64,000 bases of DNA from an uncultured Candidatus Rokubacteria bacterium (lineage in GTDB: Bacteria > Methylomirabilota > Methylomirabilia > Rokubacteriales > CSP1-6). This document shows, piece by piece, positions 38,444 to 49,099 of this stretch (position 1 is its first letter; each line of letters starts with the position of its first letter). The stretch is taken from NCBI GenBank assembly GCA_963754315.1, contig CAVWFS010000019.1:768001-832000 (forward strand), in the 5' to 3' direction. The position numbers and the translations under genes were made by a program. The notes beneath the pieces are model-generated. The model did not search any database. It had not been told where the DNA came from and was given only the letters and a program-made list of their open reading frames with translations.

Positions 38444-39327
38444 TCATCCCTTGGTACCGCCTAGAGCGAGTCCCTTGACCAGGTAGCGCTGCAGGAGAAA
38501 GGCGACCGCGAAGGCGGGGATGACCCCCAGCACGACCGAGGCCGCGGCCTCGCCGTAGAAGGCGTCGGTACCGCCGGTGGTGAAGGACGTCACCAGCACC
38601 ATCATGGTCTTGGTCTCGATACCGGTCAAAACAATGGCAAACAGGAATTCGTTCCAGGTGGCGATGAAGGCGAACAGCGCCACCACCGCCAGCCCCGGCG
38701 CCACGATGGGGACGACCACCTGACCAGCGCCCCCAGCCGCGAGCAGCCGTCGATCTGGGCCGCTTCCTCGATTTCTACGGGAAAGTCGCGCAAGAATCCC
38801 ACCATCAGCCAGACGGCGAAAGGAATGTAGGTGACCGTGTAGAGGATGATGAGCCCCAGGTAGCTGTTGGTGAGGCCGATGGCCCGGTACATCAGATAGA
38901 TGGGAATGATCAGAGCAATGGCCGGGAGCATGCGCAGCACGAGGAGGAAGACACTGAGGAAGCCGCCCCCGAAACGCCAGCGCGCGATGCTGTAGGCGGT
39001 GGGCAGACTGACCACCAGCGCGGCGATCATGCTGAGCGACGCGATGACCAGGCTGTTGGAGAAATACCGCAGGCCGTTGGAGTTGGTGAACAGCCGCACA
39101 TAATGCGCGAGGGAGGGCTGGTCGGGAATCCACACCGGAGGATAGGCAAAGAAGTCGTCGTTGCCCTTCAGGGACGTGGTGACGATCCAGAAGAACGGAC
39201 CGAGGAAAAAGACGAGGGCGAGAGCCAGGGCGCCGTAGGTCAACGCGTTCCCGATCCAGCGCTGCACCCGGTAGCGCTTCGCGCGGCGCGGCCGAACGCC
39301 CGCGGTCTCGACGGCAACAACGCTCAT
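38444..39327 (-). CDS. Carbohydrate ABC transporter permease (MalG-like), frameshifted near 38724
   Basis: EEAAQIDG EAA motif; WNEF and LQRYLVKG in the adjacent frame. Confidence 0.88.
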
Positions 39328-40229
39328 GCCGCCCGTGCCTCTCGGGCGCGCGAGACGCGGAGGAAGATGACCGTGAGGATGAGCACGCCGAAGATGATCA
39401 CGTACGAGAGGGCAGACGCATAGCTCATCCGGAAGTCCTTGAAGCCGGACAGGTAGGTGTTGAAGGCCACCGTTTCGGTGGCCCCTCCCGGCCCGCCGAA
39501 GGTCATGATGAAGATGAGTCCGAAAAGCTTGGTGAGGTCGATCATGCGGATCATTACGGCCACTGCCATGGTGAACTTGAGCAGAGGCAGGGTAATCCAC
39601 CAGAAGCTCTGCCAGGGAGAGGCCCCGTCCGCCTTGGCCGCCTGGTACAGCTCCTGGGGAATCGCCTGCAGGCCAGCCAGCATGACCAGCATCATGAACG
39701 GTGTGTTGTGCCAGACGTCGACCAGGATGACCGTGAACATGGCCAGCAGGGGGCTGGAGAACCAGTCGAAGTAGACATCGAGGATACCAAGCTCACGCCC
39801 CAGGTTGTTGATGGCGCCGTACTTCACCCCGAACATCATGCGCCAGGCCATGCCCGCCATCACCGGCGACACCATGGGCGGGATGGCCAGGAGGGCGGTC
39901 AGGATCGGACGCGCGCGGATGGGACGATTGAGAAGGAGGGCGATGCCGAGCCCCAGCAACAGCTCAACTACCAGGGCGGGCCCGATGATGGCGCCGGTGG
40001 TCCAGATCGAGCTCCGGAAGCGCTCATCCCGGAACAGCGCCTCGGAGTAATTGTCCAGGCCCACGAACTCGGCCCCGGGTCCCACCGACAGATCGTAGTT
40101 CTGCAGGGAGAGAACAAAGGAGAAGGCCAGCGGAAACACGATGACGATGGCGATGAGGATCAAGGAGGGCGAGGCAAAGGCAAGCGGTTCCCACTGCTTT
40201 CGCTTCAGGGCTAGAGCGGCCGTCCGCAT
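39324..40229 (-). CDS. Carbohydrate ABC transporter permease (MalF-like)
   Basis: FVGLDNY, DVWHNTPF, AGLQAIP...AAKADGA, GGPG. Confidence 0.9.
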   Translation of the reverse strand: MRTAALALKRKQWEPLAFASPSLILIAIVIVFPLAFSFVLSLQNYDLSVGPGAEFVGLDNYSEALFRDERFRSSIWTTGAIIGPALVVELLLGLGIALLLNRPIRARPILTALLAIPPMVSPVMAGMAWRMMFGVKYGAINNLGRELGILDVYFDWFSSPLLAMFTVILVDVWHNTPFMMLVMLAGLQAIPQELYQAAKADGASPWQSFWWITLPLLKFTMAVAVMIRMIDLTKLFGLIFIMTFGGPGGATETVAFNTYLSGFKDFRMSYASALSYVIIFGVLILTVIFLRVSRAREARAA

Positions 40230-40359
40230 CGACCCTCCTCGTGATCCGCACTGGCGAAAATCCGGCGTTGGTGCCAGGAGCAGACCACACGACGACGAGA
40301 CCTGTCAAGGCGACGGGAAGATTGACAGCGCCCGAACTCTCGGGCCAGTGTCTATCGAC

Positions 40360-42763
40360 GTGACCACGCGGACGATCGGCGCGCGCATCCTCCGTCACGA
40401 AGATCCTCGCCTGCTGCGCGGACACGGTTGCTTCGTGGACGACGTCTCCCTAGCCGGACTGCTGCACGCGGCCTGCGTGCGGAGCCCACACGCGCGGGCC
40501 CGCATCGTCGCCATCGACGCCTCCCGTGCTCGACGGCTCTCCGGTGTTCATCTGATTCTCACCGCTCCCGACCTCGGGACGATGAACGGAGCCCGGACCG
40601 CTTCTCATCCCCCATCCCGCGCTCACCGCTCCCCGTACCCAGCGCCCCCTCGCGCACGACGAGGTCCGCTTCGTCGGCGAGGCGGTGGCGTTCATCGTGG
40701 CCGATACCCGCTACCGCGCCGAGGATGCGGCCGCTCTCATCGAGGTCGAGTACGCGCCGCGGCCTGCGGTCGTCGATGTCGAAACGGCGCTCCACGAGGA
40801 CAGTCCCCGCGTTCACGCGGACGTGCCCGCCAACCGAGCCGCCCGCTTTCCTCAGACGGTCGGGGACCCTGAGCGCGCATGGCGGGAAGCAGCGCGGATC
40901 CTCCGCGAGCGTCTCGTCATCGAACGAAGCTGCGGCAGTCCCCTCGAAGGCCGCGGTGTGGTGGCCGAATACGACCTGCGCACTGGTGTCCTCCGGGTGT
41001 GGGCATCGACCCAGGCGCCCCTCACGATCCGCAATGGCCTCGCGCACATGTTTGGCCTTCCGGAGTTCAACGTCGAGGTCATCGCCCCCGACATCGGCGG
41101 GGGGTTCGGCACCAAGATCATGCTCTTCTATCCGGAAGAGATCCTCGTGCCCTTCGCGGCGATGCGACTGGGGCGACCGGTGAAGTGGACGGAAGACCGG
41201 CGCGAGCATCTGATCGCCGCCAACCAGGAACGCGGTCAGATCCATCACGTGGAGGTGGCGGTCGATGGCGAGGGGCGCATTCTCGCCCTGCGCGACCGTT
41301 TTTTGCACGACACGGGGGCATATACCCCCTACGGCATCGTGGTCCCTATCGTGACCGCCGCCCAGCTCCCCGGCCCCTACCGGCTGCGCAACTATCACGT
41401 CGAGTTCGAGGTGGTCTACACGAACACGGTGAGTGTCAGCCCCTATCGCGGAGCCGGACGCCCCCACGGGGCCTTTGTGATGGAACGCGTCATGGGTCTC
41501 ATCGCGCGCGAGTTCGGCCTGGAGCCGGCCGAGGTGCGTCGCCGTAACCTCATTCAGCCTCACGAGTTTCCCTGGGACGTTGGGCTCACGTTCCAGGACG
41601 GCAGTCCGACCCGGTATGACAGCGGGGACTACCCGGCAGGACTCGAGATGGCCCTCGACATGATCGGGCTCCCAGCCTTTCGCGCACATCAAGCCGAGGC
41701 CCGCCGCGAGGGCCGTCATCTCGGACTCGGCCTGGCCTGCTATGTCGAGGGCACCGGCATCGGCCCCTACGAGGGCGCGCACGTCCGTGTGGAGCCGAGC
41801 GGACGAGTCTTCGTCGCCACCGGTCTCACCACACAGGGTCAGGGCCACTACACCACCTTTGCCCAGATCGCGGCCAGCACCCTGGGTTGCGACCCGAGTC
41901 AAGTGACAGTCGTCACGGGCGACACCCGCAAGTTCAACTGGGGAGCGGGAACATTCGCGAGCCGGGCCCTGGTGACAAGCGGGAACGCTATCCACGCGGC
42001 CGCTCAGAAGGTGCGGGACAAGGTTCTCCGGTTGGCCGCGAGCCTGCTCGAGGCCTCGCCCCACGACCTCGAGCTCGAGGATGGATGGGTGCGCGTCAAG
42101 GGCGCGCCGGACAAAGCGCTGACCTTGGGCGCGCTCGCCACTGTGGCCAATCCCATCCGCTACGCCTACGGCCAGCGGTCTTCCGAGACCGCGCTCCGCC
42201 TGGTCAAGGCGCGCGGGGCCGCCGTCCTGGCCTCCGGCGAGGAGCCCGGCCTCGAGGCCACCGGATATTTCGCGCCCTCCCAGTCCACCTTCGCCAGCGG
42301 CTGCCACGCATGCATCGTGGAAGTCGACGTGGAGACAGGTCAGCTCCAGCTGCTGCGCTACGTCGTTCAGCACGATTGCGGTGTCATGGTGAATCCCACC
42401 ATCGTGGAGGGCCAGATCCGCGGTGGCGTGGCTCAGGGCATCGGCGGTGCGTTCTACGAGAAGATCGTCTACGACGACGGCGGCCAGCCCCTCACCGCCA
42501 GCTACATGGACTTCCTGATGCCGACGGCCATGGAGATTCCGAGCATCGAGATCGGCCACCTGGAGACGCCGTCTCCGCTCAACCCACTCGGGATCAAGGG
42601 CGTCGGCGAGGCGGGTGCCATACCGGGTCCGGCGCTGGTGGCAGAGGCGATCGAAGACGCCCTGGCCCCGTTCGCGCGTCCGCATCCGGGAAATGCCTCT
42701 CAATCCCAGCCGCCTGCGCGCGCTCATCAGGCAAGCGCGCGGGGAGAAGGAACGCAGCCATGA
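40360..42763 (+). CDS. Xanthine dehydrogenase-family molybdopterin-binding large subunit (CoxL/CutL-like), frameshifts near 40590 and 42672
   Basis: RHEDPRLLRG, RSPHARA, GGGFG, PYRGAGRP, GQGHYT, GTFASR, GIKGVGEAG. Confidence 0.9.
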
Positions 42764-43729
42764 ACTTCAAGCTGGTGATGCTTCCGAACCAGACCACTGT
42801 CACCCGCCAGTGGGCCGCCCGCATCGCCGACGCGGGGACGGGCGCGCGCGTGGTGGTGGCGGAAACGCGCGGGGACGCTGCCCGAGAGATCGTCGATGCC
42901 GAGGCGGCCTTCGGAACCCTGCCCGCCGATCTGCTGGCTACCGCGCGTGCTCTACGCTGGCTCCAGGCTCCGCAGGCGGCACCACCGCCCGGCTACTACT
43001 ACGCCGAGCTGATCGCCCATCCCGTTGTCGTGACAAATTTCCGCGAGATCTACAACGACCATATCGCGGCTCACATCATGGCCTTCGTCCTCGCCTTCGC
43101 CCGTGACTTCCATCGCTACCTTCCCCAGCAGCTCCGGCGCGAGTGGCGTCCGGCGCCGCTCGACACGCGTGTGCTCCATCTACCGGAGACGACCGCGTTG
43201 ATCCTGGGAGTAGGCGGCATCGGCGCCGAGACGGCGCGACTCGCGGCCGCCTTCGGCATGCGCGTCATCGGGGTCGACGCGCGGCGGCCGGCGCCGCCGC
43301 CCGGGGTGACCGAGTGGCACCGGCCCGAGGCGCTGGACACGTTGCTGCCCCGTGCCGACTTCGTCATCATGACCGTGCCCCACACGCCGGAGACGGAAGG
43401 GATGATGAACCGGGCACGTCTGCGCCGCATGAAGCCCTCCGCCTTCCTCATCAACATCGGCCGCGGCATGACCGTGAAGCTCGACGACCTGGTGGACGCC
43501 TTGCGTGCGGGGGAACTGGCGGGGGCGGGGCTCGATGTGTTCGAAGCAGGAACCCCTCCCGGCGGACCATCCACTGTGGACCATGCCGGGTGTCCTGATC
43601 ACACCCCACACCGCCGGGTTCGGACCCTACCTCGACGAGCGGCGCTTCGCGATCCTCCTCGAGAATTGCCGTCACTTCGCGGCCGGTGAGCCGCTGCGCA
43701 ACGTGGTCGACAAGCGCCGCTGGTTCTGA
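42760..43729 (+). CDS. D-2-hydroxyacid dehydrogenase family protein, frameshifted near 43549
   Basis: GVGGIG, INIGRG, LDVFE then QEPLP...TPHTAG...NVVDKRRWF in the adjacent frame. Confidence 0.88.
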
Positions 43730-43799
43730 GGCGTCGAGGGGCACCAAGCCCCAGCTGTGCCGTATACGATTACGGCATTCATGCTGGTACAATCAGGGC

Positions 43800-44003
43800 A
43801 TGGCCACCCAGAAGGTCACCGTGCATCTCGACCGCGATCTCCTGCGCCGAGCCCAGGCCCGCACCGGCCAGGGAGTCTCGGCCACCATCCGGCACGGTCT
43901 CGAGCTGGTGGCCGCCCGTCAGGCCTACGAGCGCCTGCGTGCGCTTCGGGGGAAGGTGACCTTCTCCCTCGATCTCCAGGCGCTCCGCCAAGACCGTCGT
44001 TGA
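43800..44003 (+). CDS. vapB: Putative VapB antitoxin
   Basis: 67 aa, KVTVHLDRDLL...LRALRGKV; overlaps the start of the PIN gene. Confidence 0.7.
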   Translation: MATQKVTVHLDRDLLRRAQARTGQGVSATIRHGLELVAARQAYERLRALRGKVTFSLDLQALRQDRR

Positions 44004-44392
44004 TTGCCCTCGACACCAGCTCGTTGATTGCCTACCTCTCGGGGGCCGAAGGGCCGGACGTGGAAGCCACCGGCATCGCGCTCGAACACCAGCAGGCGAT
44101 TCTGCCCCCCGTCGTGCTTTCCGAGCTCCTGAGCGATCCCGAGCTGGACAGGCGGGTGAAGGAGCTCTTCGTCCACCTTCCCTTGCTCGAAATCCTAGAC
44201 GGCTACTGGGAGCGAGCCGGGCTCCTCCGCGCCCGAGCGCTCGCGCACGGGCGCCGAGCGCGTTTGGCCGATACCCTCATCGCCCAGTCCTGTCTCGATC
44301 ATGAGGTGGAGCTCGTGACGCGTGACCGTGACTTCCAGTTCTTCGTCAAGGCGGGCGGCTTGAAGCTGTTCGGAGCTCGAGTCCGGAGGTAG
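44000..44392 (+). CDS. vapC: PIN-domain toxin VapC
   Basis: IALDTS, VLSEL, LADTLIAQSC, LVTRDRDF. Confidence 0.88.
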   Translation: MIALDTSSLIAYLSGAEGPDVEATGIALEHQQAILPPVVLSELLSDPELDRRVKELFVHLPLLEILDGYWERAGLLRARALAHGRRARLADTLIAQSCLDHEVELVTRDRDFQFFVKAGGLKLFGARVRR

Positions 44393-44395
44393 ATC

Positions 44396-44935
44396 ATGCT
44401 CAGGAAGATTCGTCGCATCGTGACCGGCCACAACGCGCAGGGAAAGTCGGTGATCGTCTCCGACGCGCCGTCGCCGCACGTCCTCGCCCTCCTCAACGAT
44501 CCGCCATTCGGATTGACCGACCTCTGGGTCACCTCGAGCTCGCCGGCTGATAACTCCGGCCACGCCGACGGCGCCGCTCGATCGACCATCACCCTGGAGC
44601 CGCCCCAAGGGGGAACGATCTTCCGGGTGGTTGAGTTTCCTCCTGACCAGGCGACCGTCGGCAAGCTTGACCGCAAGAAGCTCTTCGAGGCCATGCACGC
44701 CGGCGAGGCTATGGACCACGAGGGCGCCCGGCATCCGGGGATGCACAAGACGACCACAGTGGACTACGCCATCGTGCTCTCCGGCGAGATCTACGCGATG
44801 ATGGACGAGGGCGAGACCTTGATGAAAGCGGGAGACTGCCTGGTACAACGGGGAACGAACCACGCCTGGAGCAACCGCAGCCAGGCGCCGTGCCTGGTTG
44901 CCTTCGTCCTCGTTTCAGCGAGCCCCCTGGCCTAG
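44396..44935 (+). CDS. Cupin domain protein
   Basis: RRIVTGH, MHKTTTVDY, GDCLVQRGTNHAWSN. Confidence 0.88.
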   Translation: MLRKIRRIVTGHNAQGKSVIVSDAPSPHVLALLNDPPFGLTDLWVTSSSPADNSGHADGAARSTITLEPPQGGTIFRVVEFPPDQATVGKLDRKKLFEAMHAGEAMDHEGARHPGMHKTTTVDYAIVLSGEIYAMMDEGETLMKAGDCLVQRGTNHAWSNRSQAPCLVAFVLVSASPLA

Positions 44936-44947
44936 CGTCCTGTCGCA

Positions 44948-45012
44948 GGCGCCCCGGTGGACCCGGGGCGCCGTGAACATCGGGGGTTAGGGGGATGAAG
45001 TTGGCCCCCCAT
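44948..45012 (-). repeat. Palindromic element copy
   Basis: Reverse complement ATGGGGGGCCAACTTCATCCCCCTAACCCCCGATGTTCACGGCGCCCCGGGTCCACCGGGGCGCC. Confidence 0.75.
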
Positions 45013-45019
45013 CGCTCAA

Positions 45020-45949
45020 TCAATCGAACGCTTTGCGGAGGGCGCCCGCCACCTCGTCGAGGGCGGCCTTGGCAGAGTCAAGAATTCGCGTCATGCGGAA
45101 GAACCCGTGGAACATGCCCGGATAGCGAACGTGGTTGACGGCGACTCCCGCATCGCGCAACCGCGCGGCATAGGCCTCACCCTCATCCCGCAGGGGATCG
45201 CAGCCGGCCGTGATCACAAGAGCCGGCGGCAGCCCGCCCAGGTTCGTCGCGCGTAACGGCGAAGCATAGGGATCCTGTCCCTGCTCTTCGCGGGCGAGGT
45301 AGTGGCCAAAGAACCAGCGCATACCCTCCCGCGTCAGCACATAGCCGGTGGCGTTTTCGAGATAGGACGGCGTGTCCAAGTTGACGTCGGTCACCGGATA
45401 GACCAGAGCCTGGAAAACAGGCACTGGCGTACGCCGATCGCGCGCCATGAGGGAGACCACGGTGGCGAGGTTCCCGCCGGCGCTGTCGCCCCCGACCGCC
45501 ACCCGCCGTGGATCGATCCCAAGTCGAGACGCGTTGGCCGTCACCCACCGAAGGCCGGCATACGCATCCTCGACGGCCACCGGGTAACGGTGCTCCGGGG
45601 CTAGCCGGTAGTCAACGCTGGCGACCACGCAGCGGGCCGCATTGGTGAGCGATCGACAGATGCCGTCGTGAGTCTCGAGATCGCCGATCACCCAGCCGCC
45701 GCCGTGATAGAAGACGAGCGCCGGATGTGGCGCCGAGCCCGCTGGCGCATAGACGCGGACGGTGATCTCGCCGCCGGCGACAGGCACTTGATGATCGGCC
45801 ACGGCGGTTACGTCTTCCACCGGACCGAGGGCGGCCGTACGACTGCGCATGCTCTCTCTCGCCTCGGCCGGCGTGGACTGCTCCACCGGCTTGAGGTTGA
45901 GGGCAGCCATGGCATCGACAACCTTCTGCGCTTGAGGATCGAGCGGCAT
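45020..45949 (-). CDS. HSL-family esterase/lipase (alpha/beta hydrolase)
   Basis: HGGGW, YRLAPE, GDSAGG, DPLRDEG, HGF. Confidence 0.93.
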   Translation of the reverse strand: MPLDPQAQKVVDAMAALNLKPVEQSTPAEARESMRSRTAALGPVEDVTAVADHQVPVAGGEITVRVYAPAGSAPHPALVFYHGGGWVIGDLETHDGICRSLTNAARCVVASVDYRLAPEHRYPVAVEDAYAGLRWVTANASRLGIDPRRVAVGGDSAGGNLATVVSLMARDRRTPVPVFQALVYPVTDVNLDTPSYLENATGYVLTREGMRWFFGHYLAREEQGQDPYASPLRATNLGGLPPALVITAGCDPLRDEGEAYAARLRDAGVAVNHVRYPGMFHGFFRMTRILDSAKAALDEVAGALRKAFD

Positions 45950-45967
45950 GGTGGCCTCCTATGGGAG

Positions 45968-46039
45968 ATGGGGGGTCCGAACTTCACCCCCCAAACCCCC
46001 CACGTTCGGGGCGCCCCGGGGGACCCGGGGCGCCCCTCT
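45968..46039 (+). repeat. Palindromic element copy
   Basis: ATGGGGGGTCCGAACTTCACCCCCCAAACCCCCCACGTTCGGGGCGCCCCGGGGGACCCGGGGCGCCCCTCT. Confidence 0.8.
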
Positions 46040-46134
46040 GTAACAGTCGCACTTCTATAACAGTCGCACCTCTATAGCAGTCCCACCTCTATAACAGCCA
46101 CACCTCTAAACAGGCGCCCCTCTAACAGTGGCCA
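46035..46134 (+). repeat. Degenerate tandem array of six 16-17 bp units (consensus CCTCTATAACAGTCGCA)
   Basis: Units start at 46035, 46052, 46069, 46086, 46103, 46119. Confidence 0.85.
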
Positions 46135-46246
46135 GGTTACAAGAGGAGGCTGATTTTACGTCATCGGCGGTGGTGAAGCCTAGTGCGATGGCGCGGTGGT
46201 GCTGGCGCTTGCCGGGCGCGGGGTGGGCCGTTACTCTTTACGGTCA

Positions 46247-47239
46247 ATGCGACACCTACGGCTCGGCCGGACCGGGTTGTCGGTTTCTCGGCTTTGTCTC
46301 GGCACCATGACCTTTGGGCTGCAGTGCGACGAGCCCACTTCGATCGGCATCCTGGACCGGGCGGCGGCCGGCGGCATCACGTTCCTGGACACCTCTGACG
46401 TCTATCCGCTGGGCGGCAGTCTGCAGACGGTCGGCCGCACGGAGGAGATCCTTGGACGGTGGCTCGCCGACAGGCGCCACGACTTCGTGGTCGCCACCAA
46501 ATGCTTCGGAGCCACCAGTGCTCGTCCGTGGGATCGTGGCAACTCCCGCAAGCACATCCTCGACGCCATCGAGGGTTCGCTGCGCCGGCTGCGCACCGAC
46601 TATGTGGACCTCTACCAGCTCCATCATCCCGATCCCCACACGCCTCTCGAGGAGTCGCTGCGGGCATTGGACGACATCGTCCGGGCGGGGAAGGCTCGCT
46701 ATATCGGCTGCTCCAACTTCCACGCGTATCAGGTAGCGCGCGCCCTCGGCAAGAGCGAGACGCACGGGCTGGCATCGTTCGCCTCCGTGCAGCCGCGCTA
46801 CAACCTGCTGTTCCGACAGATCGAGCGCGAGCTGCTCCCTCTCTGCCAGGAAGAGGGCATCGGTGTGATTCCGTACAACCCGCTGGCAGGAGGGTTCCTC
46901 TCCGGCAAGCATCGGGCGGAGACGGGGCCCACGGCGGGAACTCGCTTCACCCTGGGCAACGCGGCCCAACGTTACCAGGAGCGATACTGGCACGAGCGCG
47001 AGTTTGCAACCGTCGCTGCCCTCAGCCCTCTCGCCGCTGAGGCCGGTATATCAGTGGTTCAGATGGCCGTGGGGTGGGTCCTGGCGCACCCATCGGTTAC
47101 TGCCCCCATCATCGGGGCGAGCCGGCCTGACCAGCTCGACGAAGTGCTTGCGGCCGTCGACAAGGGGATCCCGACCGACCTTAAGACGCGGCTGGACGAG
47201 CTGACCCTCGAGTACCGCTGGGGCGACGATCCCCGCTGA
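46247..47239 (+). CDS. Aldo/keto reductase
   Basis: LGRTGLSVSRLCLGTM, DTSDVY, ATK, SLRRLRTDYVDLYQLH, YIGCSN, PIIGAS. Confidence 0.93.
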   Translation: MRHLRLGRTGLSVSRLCLGTMTFGLQCDEPTSIGILDRAAAGGITFLDTSDVYPLGGSLQTVGRTEEILGRWLADRRHDFVVATKCFGATSARPWDRGNSRKHILDAIEGSLRRLRTDYVDLYQLHHPDPHTPLEESLRALDDIVRAGKARYIGCSNFHAYQVARALGKSETHGLASFASVQPRYNLLFRQIERELLPLCQEEGIGVIPYNPLAGGFLSGKHRAETGPTAGTRFTLGNAAQRYQERYWHEREFATVAALSPLAAEAGISVVQMAVGWVLAHPSVTAPIIGASRPDQLDEVLAAVDKGIPTDLKTRLDELTLEYRWGDDPR

Positions 47240-47281
47240 AATCTCGCCGCGAATCGAGCCCGCGCCTGGGACGATGGGCGG

Positions 47282-48097
47282 GTGCAGCTCTTCGACCGGA
47301 AGTTCGGCGCCCAATTTCTCGCCGGAGTGCCCTCCCAACCGGGTGTCTACCGTCTGTACGACGAGGCCGGAGCCCTCCTCTATGTCGGCAAGGCTCGCGA
47401 CCTCCGGCGCCGGCTGGCGCAGTACCGAACAACTCGACGAACCAAGAAGGATCGCAAGCGCCGACGGCTGGTGAGGTCGGCCGCGCGGATCGTCTGGGAG
47501 GCCTGCGCATCGGAGCTGGACGCCGCGCTCGACGAGATCCGGCTGATCCAGACGCTGCGTCCGCGAGAGAACGTTGCCGGCGCCTTTTCGTTCCTTTACC
47601 CGTTCATCGGGATCCGCCTCGATGGCCAGGAAACCGACTTCTGCCTCACGACTTCTCCCGAAGCGTTCCCGTCATTCGACCTGTACGGGGCCTTTCGCTC
47701 GCGCGAGGTGACGGGCGAGGCGTTCTTCTCGTTGATGCGGCTGTTACGCTTCATCGGACATCCGAACTACCCACGCCGCAAGATGCGGAGCCGAATAGCC
47801 CCACACTCGTACGTGGTGGGATTTCGTCGTCTGCCGGCGTCATGGCCTGCTCTGTGGAGCCGTGTGCTCCGAGGGGCTTCCCGCGAAGGGCTCGAGCAAC
47901 TCTCGCTGACCCTCCTCGAGCACGCGGGAGCCCGCGCCCGGAGCACCGAAATCCAGGCCGACTTGCGGGCCGTCGCGCGCTTTTTCGACGAGGAGGCTTC
48001 GGCCCTGGCCGCTGCTATCGTCGCGGCGGGCTACTCGCGCTATCCCGTGCCCCAGCAGGAGCGCGATGTACTCTTCCTTCATTTTCGGGGCCGGTAG
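47282..48097 (+). CDS. GIY-YIG nuclease domain protein (UvrC N-terminal-like)
   Basis: PSQPGVYRL...LLYVGKARDLRRRLAQY...AALDEIRLIQTLRPREN. Confidence 0.8.
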   Translation: MQLFDRKFGAQFLAGVPSQPGVYRLYDEAGALLYVGKARDLRRRLAQYRTTRRTKKDRKRRRLVRSAARIVWEACASELDAALDEIRLIQTLRPRENVAGAFSFLYPFIGIRLDGQETDFCLTTSPEAFPSFDLYGAFRSREVTGEAFFSLMRLLRFIGHPNYPRRKMRSRIAPHSYVVGFRRLPASWPALWSRVLRGASREGLEQLSLTLLEHAGARARSTEIQADLRAVARFFDEEASALAAAIVAAGYSRYPVPQQERDVLFLHFRGR

Positions 48098-48098
48098 T

Positions 48099-49080
48099 TC
48101 ATACGACCTCGAACTTCTGGAATGTGTGACAGTCGGCAGGAACATGCCCGCGGCTCACGGAAAACGTCCAGGTGACCTCGCTGACATACACGGCGCCACG
48201 CGAGTCCACAGCCAGGCCGTGCGGCGCCGCGAAGCTGCCGGGCGCGCAGGCGTCGGCACTGCCCCAGCGGGCCAGGACCTGTCCCGTCCTTGTCGTAAAC
48301 GCTCACCCGACCGTAGCGCGCCTCGTGGATCGGCCCGTGGCGCTGGGAAGTCTGACCCTGGTGCCACCACAACTCCGAGACGTAGGCCCGTCCCTTTGCG
48401 TCAAAGACAAGATGGGTCGGCCGCTGGGTGTCGGTCCACTCGCTCAGATACTCACCATCCGGGCTGAAGATCTGGATGCGGTCGTTCTCACGGTCGCATA
48501 CGAAGATGCGTCCATCGGCAGCGGCCGCGATGCCGTGCGGGAGGTGGAACTGACCTGGACCAGTGCCCGAGACTCCCCAGGACTGCTTCAGCTCACCGGT
48601 CGGGGAGAAGCGATGCACTCGGCAATTGCCATAGCCGTCGGAGATGTAGAGGTCTCCTTTGGGGCCGATGGCCAGATTGGTGGGGCGATTGAAAGGGCCC
48701 GCCGGCCTCGGAATTTTGATCGAGTCCTTGCCGTCGTAGCCGGTATCCGAAGGCGTGTTCATGGTACCCAAGGTCATCAAGAGCTTTCCGTCCGGCGTGA
48801 ACTTGCGCACGGTGTGGTTGCCGTCGTCCGTGCAATAGACCATGTTGTCGGGTCCGACCGTGATGCCGTGGGTTCGGTAGGTGAACTCGCCCTCGCCCCA
48901 GGAGCGCAGGAACTTCCCCTCGGGGCTGTAGACGATGATCGGATGATCACCACGGCAAATCAAGAAGACGCGATCCTCCGAGTCGACCGCCACCCCGGCC
49001 ACATCACGATGCACGTAGTCGCGCGGGAGCTGCTCCCACCCTTCGATCACCTGGTATTTCAACGCACTCGTCAGTGCCAT
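48099..49080 (-). CDS. NHL-repeat protein (peptidyl-alpha-hydroxyglycine amidating lyase-like), +1 frameshift near 48284
   Basis: FNRPTNLA, SDGYGNCRVHRF, GQFHLPHGI, CDRENDRIQIF; final repeat FAAPHGLAVDSRGAVYVSE in the adjacent frame. Confidence 0.85.
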
Positions 49081-49099
49081 GCTCACCCTCCTCAGCGAA

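Noticed and set aside
40360..42763. Aerobic CO dehydrogenase (form I coxL)
   Set aside because: Loop is PYRGAGR, not AYxCSFR, and coxM/coxS are not adjacent
46035..46134. 17-bp array as a mini-CRISPR
   Set aside because: Variable parts are only about 5 nt and related to each other
33060..48290. Programmed ribosomal frameshifting in malQ, permease, Mo subunit, dehydrogenase and NHL genes
   Set aside because: No shared slippery heptamer; scattered single-base indels fit sequencing error
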